Positions 1 to 13,500 of a DNA stretch of 64,000 nucleotides are shown in pieces. The notes beneath the pieces are model-generated. The model saw only the letters and a list, made by a program, of their open reading frames with translations, was not told where the DNA came from and made no database searches. How positions within the stretch are numbered: position 1 is the stretch's first letter; each line of letters opens with the position of its first letter. The position numbers and the translations under genes are program-made. Location of the stretch: assembly GCA_964016885.1 (NCBI GenBank), contig CAXHJY010000862.1:1-64000 (forward strand), read 5' to 3'. Source of the DNA: Eledone cirrhosa (Eukaryota).

Positions 1-79
<79 letters not shown>

Positions 80-86
80 TATATAA

Positions 87-151
<65 letters not shown>

Positions 152-178
152 TATATAAATGTATATATATATATATAT
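1..178. repeat. (TA)n microsatellite (one of dozens of TA/CA/GAT/TAA tracts across the window)
   Basis: Directly visible; these tracts generate the many YIYI/CVCV pseudo-ORFs. Confidence 0.98.
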
Positions 179-535
179 AAAGAAAAAGGGATGAAATCGA
201 AAATGCAACTGAAGTCTTATTTTTTAAAAAAATATATATATTTATTTGGTTCCTTTACCGTTTTCGCAGTTCTTCTGCTTTTCAAAAGGTGAGTTGAGAT
301 GGAGGGTCTGTGGTTTTTCTCACATGTGAGAAAAACCACAGACCCTCCATCTCAACTCACCTTTTGAAAAGCAGAAGAACTGCGAAACCGGTAAAGGAAC
401 CAAATAAATATATATATTTTTTTAAAAAATAAGACTTCAGTTGCAATTTCGATTTCATCCCTTTTTCTTTATACTTCCACTCGTGTAGGACACCTCGGTT
501 ATTTTTCATTTTGTAAAAAAAACCTCACTTTCTAA
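176..535. mobile_element. Loop-less ~150-bp-arm palindrome; inverted pair of PLE pseudo-LTR-like ends with a degenerate hammerhead
   Basis: Arms ~176-324 and 325-473 centred on CACATGTG. The + arm reads CCTT-TTGAAAA-GCAG aagaa CTGC-GAAA-CCGG-TA-AAGG (360-397), an HHR topology with a mutated core. Both ends abut (TA)n. Confidence 0.7.
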
Positions 536-572
536 TATATATATATATATATATATAAATATATATATAAAT

Positions 573-621
<49 letters not shown>

Positions 622-636
622 AATATATATAAATAT

Positions 637-669
<33 letters not shown>

Positions 670-716
670 AATATATATATATATAAATATATATATATAA
701 ATATATATATATAAAT

Positions 717-781
<65 letters not shown>

Positions 782-1101
782 TATGTATATATATATAATG
801 TATATATTTGTATATATATGTATATATATATACTTATATATATACACGCATACACACACATACATATATATATATATATAGTGTGTGTGTATTCAGTGCA
901 AATCAATCATTATTGTTAGATGTTGTACGTCTGATTGGTTCCAATAGAGTATTATAGAATCTGTGAGGTTTTCATGCTGCTTCCCTGTTGGTCGTCCAAT
1001 GTCAATGATGCGAATAATTCAATATATAGGATATTGTAGAGCAAATTTACACTGGCTACACACAGTTATATATATACAAACACATATATACATATATATT
1101 T

Positions 1102-1149
<48 letters not shown>

Positions 1150-1529
1150 AAAATTAACTAGAATATCGAGTTTTTAAACTCAAGTGTATTAGAATTCATA
1201 GGAAATTAGAAAAAGCTGTTAAAACAACAAAATGCTGTCGAAATGGCGTTGGGTAAAACATTACCCCGGAGTATAGAAATCACCAGCTCAAAGTAAGTTG
1301 GTGGGAAGAATGGATAGGAACAAAGAAATAGAATGGATGATAGGAGATCACAAACATTTAAACACACTCATCAGCTGTCAGACCACCTGTAGTTTCAATG
1401 ATTTGACTGAAAGGACTGCGAAGGATAGGTGGCTCATAACAACGGAGAAATAAATATATCTCTATAGTGTTTTTGTTAGGACACAAATATCTAGCTAGCT
1501 AGCTACATATATAGGTAGAGAGATAGATA

Positions 1530-2250
1530 TGTTTCTTTATTAGCCACAGGGGCACAAAAGAATGGGACAAATACAAAAGGGGAAGTTTACATACAATAGA
1601 AACGTGTAAAATACTATCACAAATACAATTTAAAAAACAATCGATTTTCCCCAATAGGGGGAGACATTACATATGGGTAACACATACCACCAAAAAAATG
1701 TGCAACCCTCATCTCCAGGAGTACGAAGAGTGAGTACCCCCTTTCCTCTCTTCATCTTTTTCCTCAATCTACAGGCTGATATAGAGAGAAGGCCATTCAC
1801 TCGGGCCATTCTCGCCACTTTCACCCACCTTTCATAAAACTTGCTGGGGTACAGTACCTCTCTCTCCATCCTGATTCTTCTTCCAAAGTGGTATTTGAAA
1901 AAAATAATCAGTTATTGGCAGGAGAGAAAGGTGTCTGACCTCAGCCCTTTCAACCTTGCCGACCATATAACCACTTTTGCCATAGCTATCACACAGAGGA
2001 AAACCGCCTCTCCTTCGTTTTTGAAGGAGTGTGGCGGTTTGATCATGACAATGGACTCGGTTGTCAACCGGATTGGTCCCACCTGCAACAATAGTCGTTC
2101 TACATAGCCCCACAGGTCAGTGACGCCCGGGCAGTGTACGAATGCGTGCGCGACGGTTTCTTCGTCTCGCATGCATCTCGGACATATCTTTTTTGAAATG
2201 TGTCTGTAGAGCTTGTCTCGAACTGGTAGAGCTGCTCGGTAGCACTAGAG
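1530..2250 (-). mobile_element. 3' fragment of an L1/Tx1-clade LINE (zf-RVT region plus 3' tail)
   Basis: Minus strand translates ...VRDKLYRHISKKICPRCMRDEETVAHAFVHC (CxxC..E..H...C) and later LYPSKFYERW; tail GCCCCTGTGGCTAATAAAGAAAC. Related tails at ~3200-3370 (+) and ~16150-16290 (-). Confidence 0.75.
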
Positions 2251-2314
2251 ACAGATAAATAGCTAGCTATATATCTACCTACCTAGCTAGCTAGCTAGAT
2301 AGATATATATAGAT

Positions 2315-2350
<36 letters not shown>

Positions 2351-2681
2351 TGTATTGGTATAGTTATGATTGGTTGGAAATCTGTACGCGTGTATTTGTC
2401 CATAATATTGCAACATTGGAAAGCAATTAATTTTGAAACTATTAAAAATTTATTGAAATAAAAATAATATTGATGATGGTGATGATGGTGGTGATAATGA
2501 TGATGAAGGTCATAGTGATGGTGGTGATGGCAATAGCAATGATGGTGATGATGTCAAATGTGAAGCACCAGACACTTACCACGTTATAGTATCTCTAAGG
2601 ATGTTATAAGACATATTGTAAGGAAATTAAGACTAAATTATAGCCTGAAGATTCGTTGTGATTTGAGAAGCTATTAAAATG

Positions 2682-2723
<42 letters not shown>

Positions 2724-2792
2724 TGAACAGGTGATTATTTAATCATTTTTTAATTTATTTAGAAAATTGTTTAATAACCGTTTGTTTCGCTA

Positions 2793-2881
<89 letters not shown>

Positions 2882-2911
2882 GTATATATATATATATACA
2901 TATATATATAC

Positions 2912-2981
<70 letters not shown>

Positions 2982-3368
2982 GCGAGCAAGAAAATCACTC
3001 TTGCCTCAAGTGGGACTACCCCCGTCCAAACCCATGCAAGCGTGGAACACGGACGTTAAACGTTGATGATGATGATGATGATGATGATATGCAAAAGTTC
3101 TATTTAAAATTGTTGGGATACATATAGTAAATATTTTATAACTGATATAAAGCACTCGACAAGTTTTTGGAGTAGATATACGTATATATCGTATATATAT
3201 ATATATATATATTATTATTATTATATATGTTTCTATGTCTTTTTTTTCTTTTCTTATATAAATAATAAAAATATTTACATGCACAAAACCCACATCGTAC
3301 CGTCCTGTACCGCCCTGTGCCGTCTGTAATGTTTTTCTTGATGTCAGCCCTTGTGGCCAATAAAGAAA

Positions 3369-3399
<31 letters not shown>

Positions 3400-3639
3400 G
3401 CCATTATTAAACCTCGTTTATGAATAATTGTTCTGTCACTGTACATAACGAGAATAACATAGACGGCATGATCAAAGAGAGAGGGAGTCGTGAGCAATTG
3501 GAAGAATATGTTAACATTCATACATATGAAAAACATATTTCATATATAGACAAATATATATATTAGTAAGAAATTCAATTATATAAACATATATATATAT
3601 ACACATTATATATACATATACATATATATATATATATAT

Positions 3640-4243
3640 ATGGTGGCTGCCAACTCGTTTTCGAGTACGGCCACTACTTTATATCCATGTAGGAGAACCC
3701 CTACCGATGCGCTGAACGAGTGACTTTTTAGTCCAGCCAGCGACTTGAAAACTCTGGTACAAACACTACACTTGTGACAATTATTGACACATAGTGCTGG
3801 GCCCATGGTACCATGTGACGACAAGTGCAGAGAGATCTCCAGATATAAAGCAATGCCTGTGCCGTGAAGCTTTTATAGTGAGCAAAGGCACTGCACAAAG
3901 CCAGTCCCACTCTCTTAACCAAGATGATATTTACCAAAAAGAAGAACAAGTCAACATCATTGGATACCATCAGGGTTGCAGGTGTTATATCAGAGTTTTC
4001 CTTCTAGAATTCTGCCTTGAAAAAGGCTAAGGGGTCATCTCTCCCGGTGATTTTGGATGGCCATTAACTCTTAAGAGCTCCTTTGCCCTTTGACAGGTTT
4101 TGTTTTTAGTCCTGCAGGATGTCCAAAGTCACCCTCCTCACCAAGAAACCTTGGTGGGGTTGCCAGTTTAGTCGCCAACGACCCGACCATGAGACAGGTT
4201 GTACTGGGATACATGTTACCAGTAGCACCAAATGGTGACCTGA
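3640..4243 (-). mobile_element. ~600-bp non-autonomous interspersed element, copy 1 of 3 (probably internally deleted RTE-like LINE)
   Basis: Near-identical to 14995-15585 and 59322-59905; carries a [17 protein letters not shown] zinc-finger-like remnant near its 3' end; flanked by (TA)n. Confidence 0.75.
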
Positions 4244-4244
4244 C

Positions 4245-4277
<33 letters not shown>

Positions 4278-4297
4278 CACATTATATATACATATAC

Positions 4298-4362
<65 letters not shown>

Positions 4363-4376
4363 CATATGTATATATA

Positions 4377-4446
<70 letters not shown>

Positions 4447-4466
4447 TATATACATATGTATATATA

Positions 4467-4497
<31 letters not shown>

Positions 4498-4649
4498 TTC
4501 GTTTCTGAATTTGTGAAAGCAACTGGTGCGTGTGTTTCTTATTGGCAACATGACCCTCCCAAAGTATAACAATATATATATATATACATTATATATATAT
4601 ATATGTATATATATATGTGTGTATATATATATACATATATATACATATA

Positions 4650-4688
<39 letters not shown>

Positions 4689-4700
4689 ATATATATATAC

Positions 4701-4772
<72 letters not shown>

Positions 4773-4780
4773 GTGAGTGT

Positions 4781-4823
<43 letters not shown>

Positions 4824-4908
4824 TATATATATGTATATATATATGTGAGTGTATATATATATAATATATATATATATATATGTATATATATGTGAATGTA
4901 TATATATA

Positions 4909-4964
<56 letters not shown>

Positions 4965-4972
<8 letters not shown>

Positions 4973-5232
4973 ATAATTCAAAATATTAACAAAATAGGTA
5001 TTCTTGTGATCAAGTATATTTTATTATATATATTTCAGAGGTACTGAGTTAACTTCAACAGTACCTCTGAAATATATATAATAAAATATACTTGATCACA
5101 AGAATACCTATTTTGTTAATATTTTGAATTAATATTAATAACTCCCGAAAACCAACCTGTTGAGTGCTTCCAATCTATTTTAAAACTCATTCTTTGATTT
5201 ATTCATTGAACCTTGTTTAACCTTTAAATATA
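4965..5232. mobile_element. Inverted pair of PLE pseudo-LTR 3' halves (GGACGTACTG-type HHR family) folded back inside HHR stem II
   Basis: Arms ~4973-5046 and 5059-5132 around CAGAGGTACTG...CAGTACCTCTG-AAATATATATAATAAAAT; the right arm continues through the GAGTGCTT motif shared with 26183, 41920 and 42850. Confidence 0.75.
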
Positions 5233-5689
5233 TATATTTTCAATGGCTGATAATACCTTACCGTCGCCACTCGAGTAAAGTAATTATTAAATCCATAAAT
5301 GGAGCCGTAACAGGTACTACAGCTCCGGGCCAGAGTAGACCTGGGAGTGATATCAACTAAGGGGTAACTCCACATTCCCCACGTATAATAGACACAGAAA
5401 CATATGTCAAGGCAAATAAATTCCTAATCTCCTCGCACCGACGTTTTATTTTTCCTGATGCACTACCTGTTTATATATGTAGTTTTTCTCTTATCCCTTT
5501 TCCCTACTATTTTTCTTCCCTCCCTCCTCCGTTTTCCCAATAACTTACCTAGTTATTGAATGCTCTGGGGGTAGATATATTGTCTTTACAGCGTTGAAAT
5601 ATCCGAAACCCCCAGTAGACAACTTTCTTCTTATCTTATTCCTATTATTAAGCCTACCTTAACTACCAACTACACAGCCACCCTATTCT

Positions 5690-5763
<74 letters not shown>

Positions 5764-6319
5764 TATTAATATATATATATAATATATATTAATATATATA
5801 TATAATATGTATATAATATATATATATATATGATATATATATATAATATATAATATATATATAATATATAATATATACATAGTATATATAATATATAATA
5901 TATATATATGTGTATATGTATATATATATTATATATATATATATAGATATATAGATAGATATATAGATAGATAAATATGTATATATCTATCTATCTATCT
6001 ATATGTCTATATCTATATCTATATATATATATATATATACAAATATAAATTAGCGAGAATTGCATTTCGGCTATTGGAAATCAGCGAAAAACAACTTCCA
6101 AGATGTGTGGCGCTCCATAGAAACTAGTGAACTAGAGCAACAACGTACGTTAAAAGGCCATATATAAGGTTATATATATATATAGAGATATATATAACTT
6201 TGATAGCTTTGATAGGTTTCGGCCAGTATTGGCCCAGGTCATGTCTAACTTAATAGCACTGCCTGGAGAAGTCTTACAAATCAGGGTTTGTGCACCATGG
6301 CCCACTCGAGCAGAGAGTT

Positions 6320-6490
6320 CTTGTAATCTTTTTTATAATTGACCTTTGGGGTGCTTCAACTTTCATGATACTTTGTTTCGTGTGGGGAGACCACAGTGGA
6401 CAACAGTATTCAAGGTGGGGTCGGGCAAAAGTGTGGAAGAGAAGGATAACAGTGTGGATATCTCTCGACTGGAAAGTTCTGAGAATCCAT
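6320..6490 (-). mobile_element. CR1-like LINE RT C-terminal fragment
   Basis: Minus strand reads ILRTFQSRDIHTVILLFHTFARPHLEYCCPLWSPHTKQSIMKVEAPQR (RPHLEYC..WSP motif). Confidence 0.75.
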
Positions 6491-6522
6491 ATATATATCT
6501 ATATATATATATATATACTGTA

Positions 6523-6572
<50 letters not shown>

Positions 6573-7389
6573 ACGGTAGGAGAAAAAACAACCAAATTCT
6601 TGAAAAAAAATGTATTTGTTTCTAATTGTTTCAGAGAACAAAATCACAATTTAATCGATAAGATTGAGACCTATCAATATACGGATCGATAAATCCAGGT
6701 ATTATAAAGATCGAACTATGGTCTGACCTCAGAACGTATGACACACACACACACTTATATATATATATATATTCGGTGTGCTCTGTAGTAACTGCAGGAC
6801 GTTTTCCAAATACAAAAGTGTTTAAATTCTATCATCATCATCACTACAGAAACTAACCATAACCTGATTAACAGCTGTCTTGTTGTTGTTGTTGTTACTG
6901 TTGTTGTTGTTGTTACTGTTGTTGTTGTTGTAGTGTGTATGTGTTGTTGCTCTTGCTGTTGTTGTTGTTGTTACTGTTGTTGTTGTTGTAGTGTGTATGT
7001 GTTGTTGCTCTTGCTGTTGTTGTTGTTGTAGCTGTGGCTATGTGTTGTTGTGAAGATTCAATTGGCAAATGGCGAATAAATATTTCATTGATTTCTTAAA
7101 GAAGATTGCTTTCCATAAATAGCTGGATAAGGACGATATCCGTAAGTAATATATCTATAATTGCTAATCAAACGTGTTTATTCCATCTGGGGGACTCCCA
7201 TCATGCAATTTCCAGTTCCATTTCTGGCCGATTCTATGAGGCGAAATAATAATTATAGATAATATATCGAAACCTATCAATTTTTGCTGTTTATTTTATT
7301 TTATTTTATATTTTTAGAGAGAAAACTCTGGCATTGATTGAGATAATAAGTTATAAAACTAGCAACCCCCAATAATAAGCTACACTAGC

Positions 7390-7695
7390 AGTGGTTAATG
7401 AAGGCACATGGGTTAATGAGGGCACAGGGGTTAATGAGGGAACAGGGTTTAATGTGGGCACATGGGTTAATGAGGGCACATGGGTTAATGAGGGCACAGG
7501 GGTTAATGATGGAACAGGGTTTAATGAGGGAACAGGGGCTAATGAGGGAACAGGGGCTAATGAGGGCACAGGGCCTAATGAGGCAACAGGGGCTAATGAG
7601 GGAACAGAAGAGGGGCTAATGAGGGAACAGGAGCTAGTGAGGGAACAGGGACTAATGAGGGAACAGGTGGTAATGGGGGAACAGGGGCTAACGAG
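7390..7695. repeat. 18-bp minisatellite (GGGTTAATGAGGGCACAG-like), ~17 copies
   Basis: Direct tandem periodicity; source of the NEGTGV/PVPSL ORFs. Confidence 0.9.
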
Positions 7696-8397
7696 GGCTC
7701 CTTCGTATACCCCAATTCTATCCGTTTGGTTGTACCCAGATAACTGTATGTGGTGGGTGGGGTGTTGTATGTGTTACATACATCATTCCATTGAATATAT
7801 AACAACCATCATCATCCTCATCACCGTTTAACGTCCATATCTCCACGCTAGCTTGGGTTATATATATATATACACGCACACACCACACACTAACATATAT
7901 ATACGTGTGTGTGTGTGTATATATTCCCTCTCCCCTCGTTCGCTCACTCCCCCTCTCTCACACATTCACCATACACAGCCCTCCTCCTCCAACCATCCCA
8001 CCACTGTCTGATAAATTCAATGTTAAGAAACTTTAGATGTTATGAATTAACACAGAAACCTCAAATGTGGTCTCTACTGGGCAGGATAGAATTACCCACA
8101 TACATATACATAATATATACACACACACACACACATATATGCACATACATACACATTCACATACACAGGCACACACACATACACAGATATATACACACAT
8201 ACACATACACATACACACATATACATACACATACACGCATACACACGCACACGCATACACACACATGTAAACACAGAGATACAGTCAGACAGACACACAC
8301 AGACACACACACACATACACACACATACACACACACATATACATACACATACACACACATTACACACACATACACACACACACTCACACACACTCAA

Positions 8398-9262
8398 CAG
8401 CTAATAATGACTACTGTCACTCCAGCCACCCCGACTCGACGGTTAGTAATGAATACTGTCACTCCACCCCCACTCAACAGCTAGTAATAACTACTGTCAC
8501 TCCACCCCCACTCGACAGTTAGTAATAACTACTGTCACTCCACCCTCACTCAACAGCTAGTAATAACTATTGTCACTCCACCCCCACTCGACAGTTAGTA
8601 ATGAATACTGTCACTCCACCCCCACTCGACAGCTAGTAATGACTACTGTCACTCCACCCCCACTCGACAGTTAGTAATGAATACTGTCACTCCACCCCCA
8701 CTCGACAGCTAGTAATGACTACTGTCACTCCACCCCCACTCGACAGTTAGTAATGAATACTGTCACTCCACCCCCACTCGACAGCTAGTAATGACTACTG
8801 TCACTCCACCCCCACTCGACAGTTAGTAATGAATACTGTCACTCCACCCCCACTCGACAGCTAGTAATGACTACTGTCACTCCACCCCCACTCGACAGTT
8901 AGTAATGAATACTGTCACTCCACCCCCACTCAACAGCTAGTAATAACTACTGTCACTCCACCCCCACTCGACGGTTAGTAATGAATACTGTCACTCCACC
9001 CCCACTCAACAGCTAGTAATGACTACTCTCACTCCATCCCCACTCGACGGTTAGTAATGAATACTGTCACTCCACCCCCACTGAACAGCTAGTAATGAAT
9101 ACTGTCACTCCACCCCCACTCGACAGCTAGTAATGACTACTGTCACTCCACTCCCACTTGATGGTTAGTAATAAATACTGTCACTCCACCCCCACTCGAC
9201 AGCTAGTAATGACTACTGTCACTCCACTCCCACTTGATGGTTAGTAATAAATACTGTCACTC
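8398..9262. repeat. 38-bp minisatellite with alternating A/B variants (76-bp higher-order unit), ~22 copies
   Basis: Units CAGCTAGTAATGACTACTGTCACTCCACCCCCACTCGA and CAGTTAGTAATGAATACTGTCACTCCACCCCCACTCGA alternate. Confidence 0.93.
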
Positions 9263-9541
9263 GACGTAATTTTATTTGATGACTTGAAACAAAGGCTTGG
9301 GGGAGAGAGAGTGTCAGTGAAAGTGAGTGAGGAAGAGAGTTTTATATATATATATATATATAGTGGTAGAACACTGGAAGGTAATATCCGTAGTGGTAGA
9401 GCACTCAGTCCATGGGACGAGTTAGGTAGAAGTAGTTACACAACAGTTAGTTCACCATACCGAGAACAATTGTTTCAGCTTATATGTATACAGAGAAAGA
9501 GAGAGAGTTATAGAGTGAGAGAGAGAGTGAGTGAGGAAGAG

Positions 9542-11529
9542 TAGAAATATGGTAATGAAAGGGTTAAAGACATAGACAGTGACTTTCATTAGAAATATGG
9601 TAATGAAAGGGTTAATGACATAGACAGTGTCTTTCAGTAGAAATATGGTAATGAAAGGGTTAATGACATAGACAGTGACTTTCATTAGAAATATGGTAAT
9701 GAAAGGGTTAATGACATAGACAGTGTCTTTCATTAGAAATATGGTAATGAAAGGGTTAAAGACATAGACAGTGTCTTTCATTAGAAATATGGTAATGAAA
9801 GGGTTAATGACATAGACAGTGTCTTTCATTAGAAATATGGTAATGAAAGGGTTAAAGACATAGACAGTGTCTTTCATTAGAAATATGGTAATGAAAGGGT
9901 TAATGACATAGACAGTGTCTTTCATTAGAAATATGGTAATGAAAGGGTTAAAGACATAGACAGTGACTTTCATTAGAAATATGGTAATGAAAGGGTTAAT
10001 GACATAGACAGTGTCTTTCATTAGAAATATGGTAATGAAAGGGTTAAAGACATAGACAGTGTCTTTCATTAGAAATATGGTAATGAAAGGGTTAATGACA
10101 TAGACAGTGTCTTTCATTAGAAATATGGTAATGAAAGGGTTAAAGACATAGACAGTGTCTTTCATTAGAAATATGGTAATGAAAGGGTTAATGACATAGA
10201 CAGTGTCTTTCATTAGAAATATGGTAATGAAAGGGTTAATGACATAGACAGTGACTTTCATTAGAAATATGGTAATGAAAGGGTTAATGACATAGACAGT
10301 GTCTTTCATTAGAAATATGGTAATGAAAGGGTTAATGACATAGACAGTGTCTTTCATTAGAAATATGGTAATGAAAGGGTTAAAGACATAGACAGTGTCT
10401 TTCATTAGAAATATGGTAATGAAAGGGTTAAAGACATAGACAGTGACTTTCATTAGAAATATGGTAATGAAAGGGTTAATGACATAGACAGTGACTTTCA
10501 TTAGAAATATGGTAATGAAAGGGTTAATGACATAGACAGTGTCTTTCATTAGAAATATGGTAATGAAAGGGTTAAAGACATAGACAGTGACTTTCATTAG
10601 AAATATGGTAATGAAAGGGTTAATGACATAGACAGTGACTTTCATTAGAAATATGGTAATGAAAGGGTTAATGACATAGACAGTGTCTTTCATTAGAAAT
10701 ATGGTAATGAAAGGGTTAATGACATAGACAGTGTCTTTCATTAGAAATATGGTAATGAAAGGGTTAAAGACATAGACAGTGTCTTTCATTAGAAATATGG
10801 TAATGAAAGGGTTAAAGACATAGACAGTGTCTTTCAGTAGAAATATGGTAATGAAAGGGTTAATGACATAGACAGTGTCTTTCAGTAGAAATATGGTAAT
10901 GAAAGGGTTAATGACATAGACAGTGTCTTTCATTAGAAATATGGTAATGAAAGGGTTAATGACATAGACAGTGTCTTTCAGTAGAAATATGGTAATGAAA
11001 GGGTTAATGACATAGACAGTGTCTTTCATTAGAAATATGGTAATGAAAGGGTTAATGACATAGACAGTGTCTTTCATTAGAAATATGGTAATGAAAGGGT
11101 TAATGACATAGACAGTGTCTTTCAGTAGAAATATGGTAATGAAAGGGTTAATGACATAGACAGTGTCTTTCATTAGAAATATGGTAATGAAAGGGTTAAA
11201 GACATAGACAGTGTCTTTCATTAGAAATATGGTAATGAAAGGGTTAATGACATAGACAGTGTCTTTCATTAGAAATATGGTAATGAAAGGGTTAATGACA
11301 TAGACAGTGTCTTTCATTAGAAATATGGTAATGAAAGGGTTAATGACATAGACAGTGTCTTTCAGTAGAAATATGGTAATGAAAGGGTTAATGACATAGA
11401 CAGTGTCTTTCATTAGAAATATGGTAATGAAAGGGTTAATGACATAGACAGTGTCTTTCATTAGAAATATGGTAATGAAAGGGTTAATGACATAGACAGT
11501 GTCTTTCATTAGAAATATGGTAATGAAAG
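9542..11529. repeat. 48-bp minisatellite, ~41 highly homogeneous copies
   Basis: Unit TAGAAATATGGTAATGAAAGGGTTAATGACATAGACAGTGTCTTTCAT; 48 nt = 16 codons, which explains the 694-aa pseudo-ORF. Confidence 0.97.
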
Positions 11530-11877
11530 TATTCATCCATTAGCTTTTTAGTGATACAATGTCAACGAAGCACACATTACTATGATAGCGATGAGAGAGA
11601 TTCACTAAGCAGATATACAATATTTATAATATTTTATAAGACCAGGCATGAAATATTATATTTCAAACCAACAAATTACTGTGGTTAATTATTCAGAGAC
11701 GCCATTTGTAAGACAAGCAAATGTCCTGGTTTTACTGTATTTATTGTAATGAGCTCCAAATAGAGAAAAACACATCTTTAGCTTTTGGTATATGAATATA
11801 TAGATACATATATATGTATACATATATATATACACATACATACATTGATACATACATATATACACATACACACACAC

Positions 11878-12032
<155 letters not shown>

Positions 12033-12102
12033 CATAGAAATATACATATATACACATACATAGATACATACACACGCTCGCACACACATATATATATATA
12101 TA

Positions 12103-12143
<41 letters not shown>

Positions 12144-12318
12144 ATAGTAGCAACACCAGCACCAGTAGTAGTAGTAGAAACAGGAATTAAATGGTGACGA
12201 GAATTTAGAGATGAGGAGACGAGGGCTTAGGGTAAGATGAATGGAGAAAATTAATGAATATAATTTGAATAAATTATAACTGGACCAAACTAGAAGTAGA
12301 ATATAAAAGCAATATATG

Positions 12319-12453
<135 letters not shown>

Positions 12454-12637
12454 TGCACACAAAAACAAACACTTACATAAGACAAACAGACAATAGCATA
12501 ATACCTCATAAGCCACCTTCTGGCGTGCAATTGCACATATATATACATATATGTGTGTGTGTGTGTGTCTAAAAAGTATACACACTCGAACAGCAGCAGA
12601 TAACTCAAAGTGTTACACATTCTTGGGACACCATGTG

Positions 12638-12748
<111 letters not shown>

Positions 12749-12774
12749 ACGCCATGTGTCTGTATATATATATG

Positions 12775-13163
12775 GAGGCACATGGCTTAGTGGTTAGGGC
12801 ATTGGCTTTGCAATCGAAAGGTTGTGAGTTCAATTCTCAGACCGGGTGATGTGTTGTTTCCTTGAGCAAGACACTTTATTTCACATTGCTCCAGTTTACT
12901 CAGCTGTAGAATTGAGATGATAGGACTGGGGTCCATATCATTCCACTGCAAAGTGGTCGTGGAGGTGCCACGGAAAAAAAGCACCCAGCCCACACTGTAA
13001 AGTGGACGTGGAGGTGCCACGGAAAAAAAGCACCCAGCACTCACTGTAAATGACATTGATGTTAGGAAGGGCATCCAGCAGTAGAAATCAAGCCAGAATC
13101 AGTTCCCGTCCCACCCTTGCAAGCAGGGAAAAGCGGACGTAAAATGAAATGAAACGATGATGA
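12775..13163 (+). mobile_element. tRNA-derived CORE-type SINE with RTE-like tail (full length)
   Basis: A box TGGCTTAGTGG, B box GAGTTCAATTC, CORE-like CCTTGAGCAAGACACTTTA...CTCAGCTGTAGA, tail AAGCGGACGTAAAATGA(TGA)n. Confidence 0.85.
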
Positions 13164-13500
13164 TATATATATTGCAAAGAAGCAGGAATCGTCTCCCAGA
13201 CCCACCAAAGACCCCCAGAAGAACTTCGGCAAATTAGTACCATTATACATCAATCTATTGATTCTAGAGTCACTGGCAATTCACCAAATTATTAAAACTA
13301 CCACGCGTAGTGGCAAATCTGCCAAAAGGTATCTACCAGACGAATGGTGATGAAAGAGAGATTTTTTGGACTGTCTCCAGTCATGAACCCTATTAACAAT
13401 TTATAGGAGATCATTAACTCGAAAGTTTAAATACAAGAGCAAAAGATTTATATTTGTTCGTTTTTTAAAGAAGTTTATGTTGCTTTAGATGTGAAAGACT

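Noticed and set aside
2575-2650. Exon-like segment on the minus strand (CAG...GTAAGT)
   Set aside because: Stops in all three frames; could be a non-coding exon but is unsupported.
59-5880. Numerous [12 protein letters not shown] ORFs here and throughout the window
   Set aside because: Translations of (TA)n/(CA)n microsatellites.
6210-6245. Minus-strand GGCCA atac TGGCC-GAAA hairpin
   Set aside because: Lacks CTGANGA and stem I; insufficient for a ribozyme call.
6630-7147. Possible + strand exons (~6634-6698; donor at 7142)
   Set aside because: No recognisable protein and no link to a gene without transcript data.
9542-11529. CRISPR-like array (also the 8398, 13501 and 60180 arrays)
   Set aside because: No unique spacers, no cas genes, eukaryotic context.
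9452-11536. 694-aa repetitive ORF
   Set aside because: Stop-free frame of a 48-bp satellite; no unique coding flanks or splice support.
12775-12845. Functional tRNA genes at the SINE heads
   Set aside because: Acceptor stems do not pair well and each continues into a SINE body.
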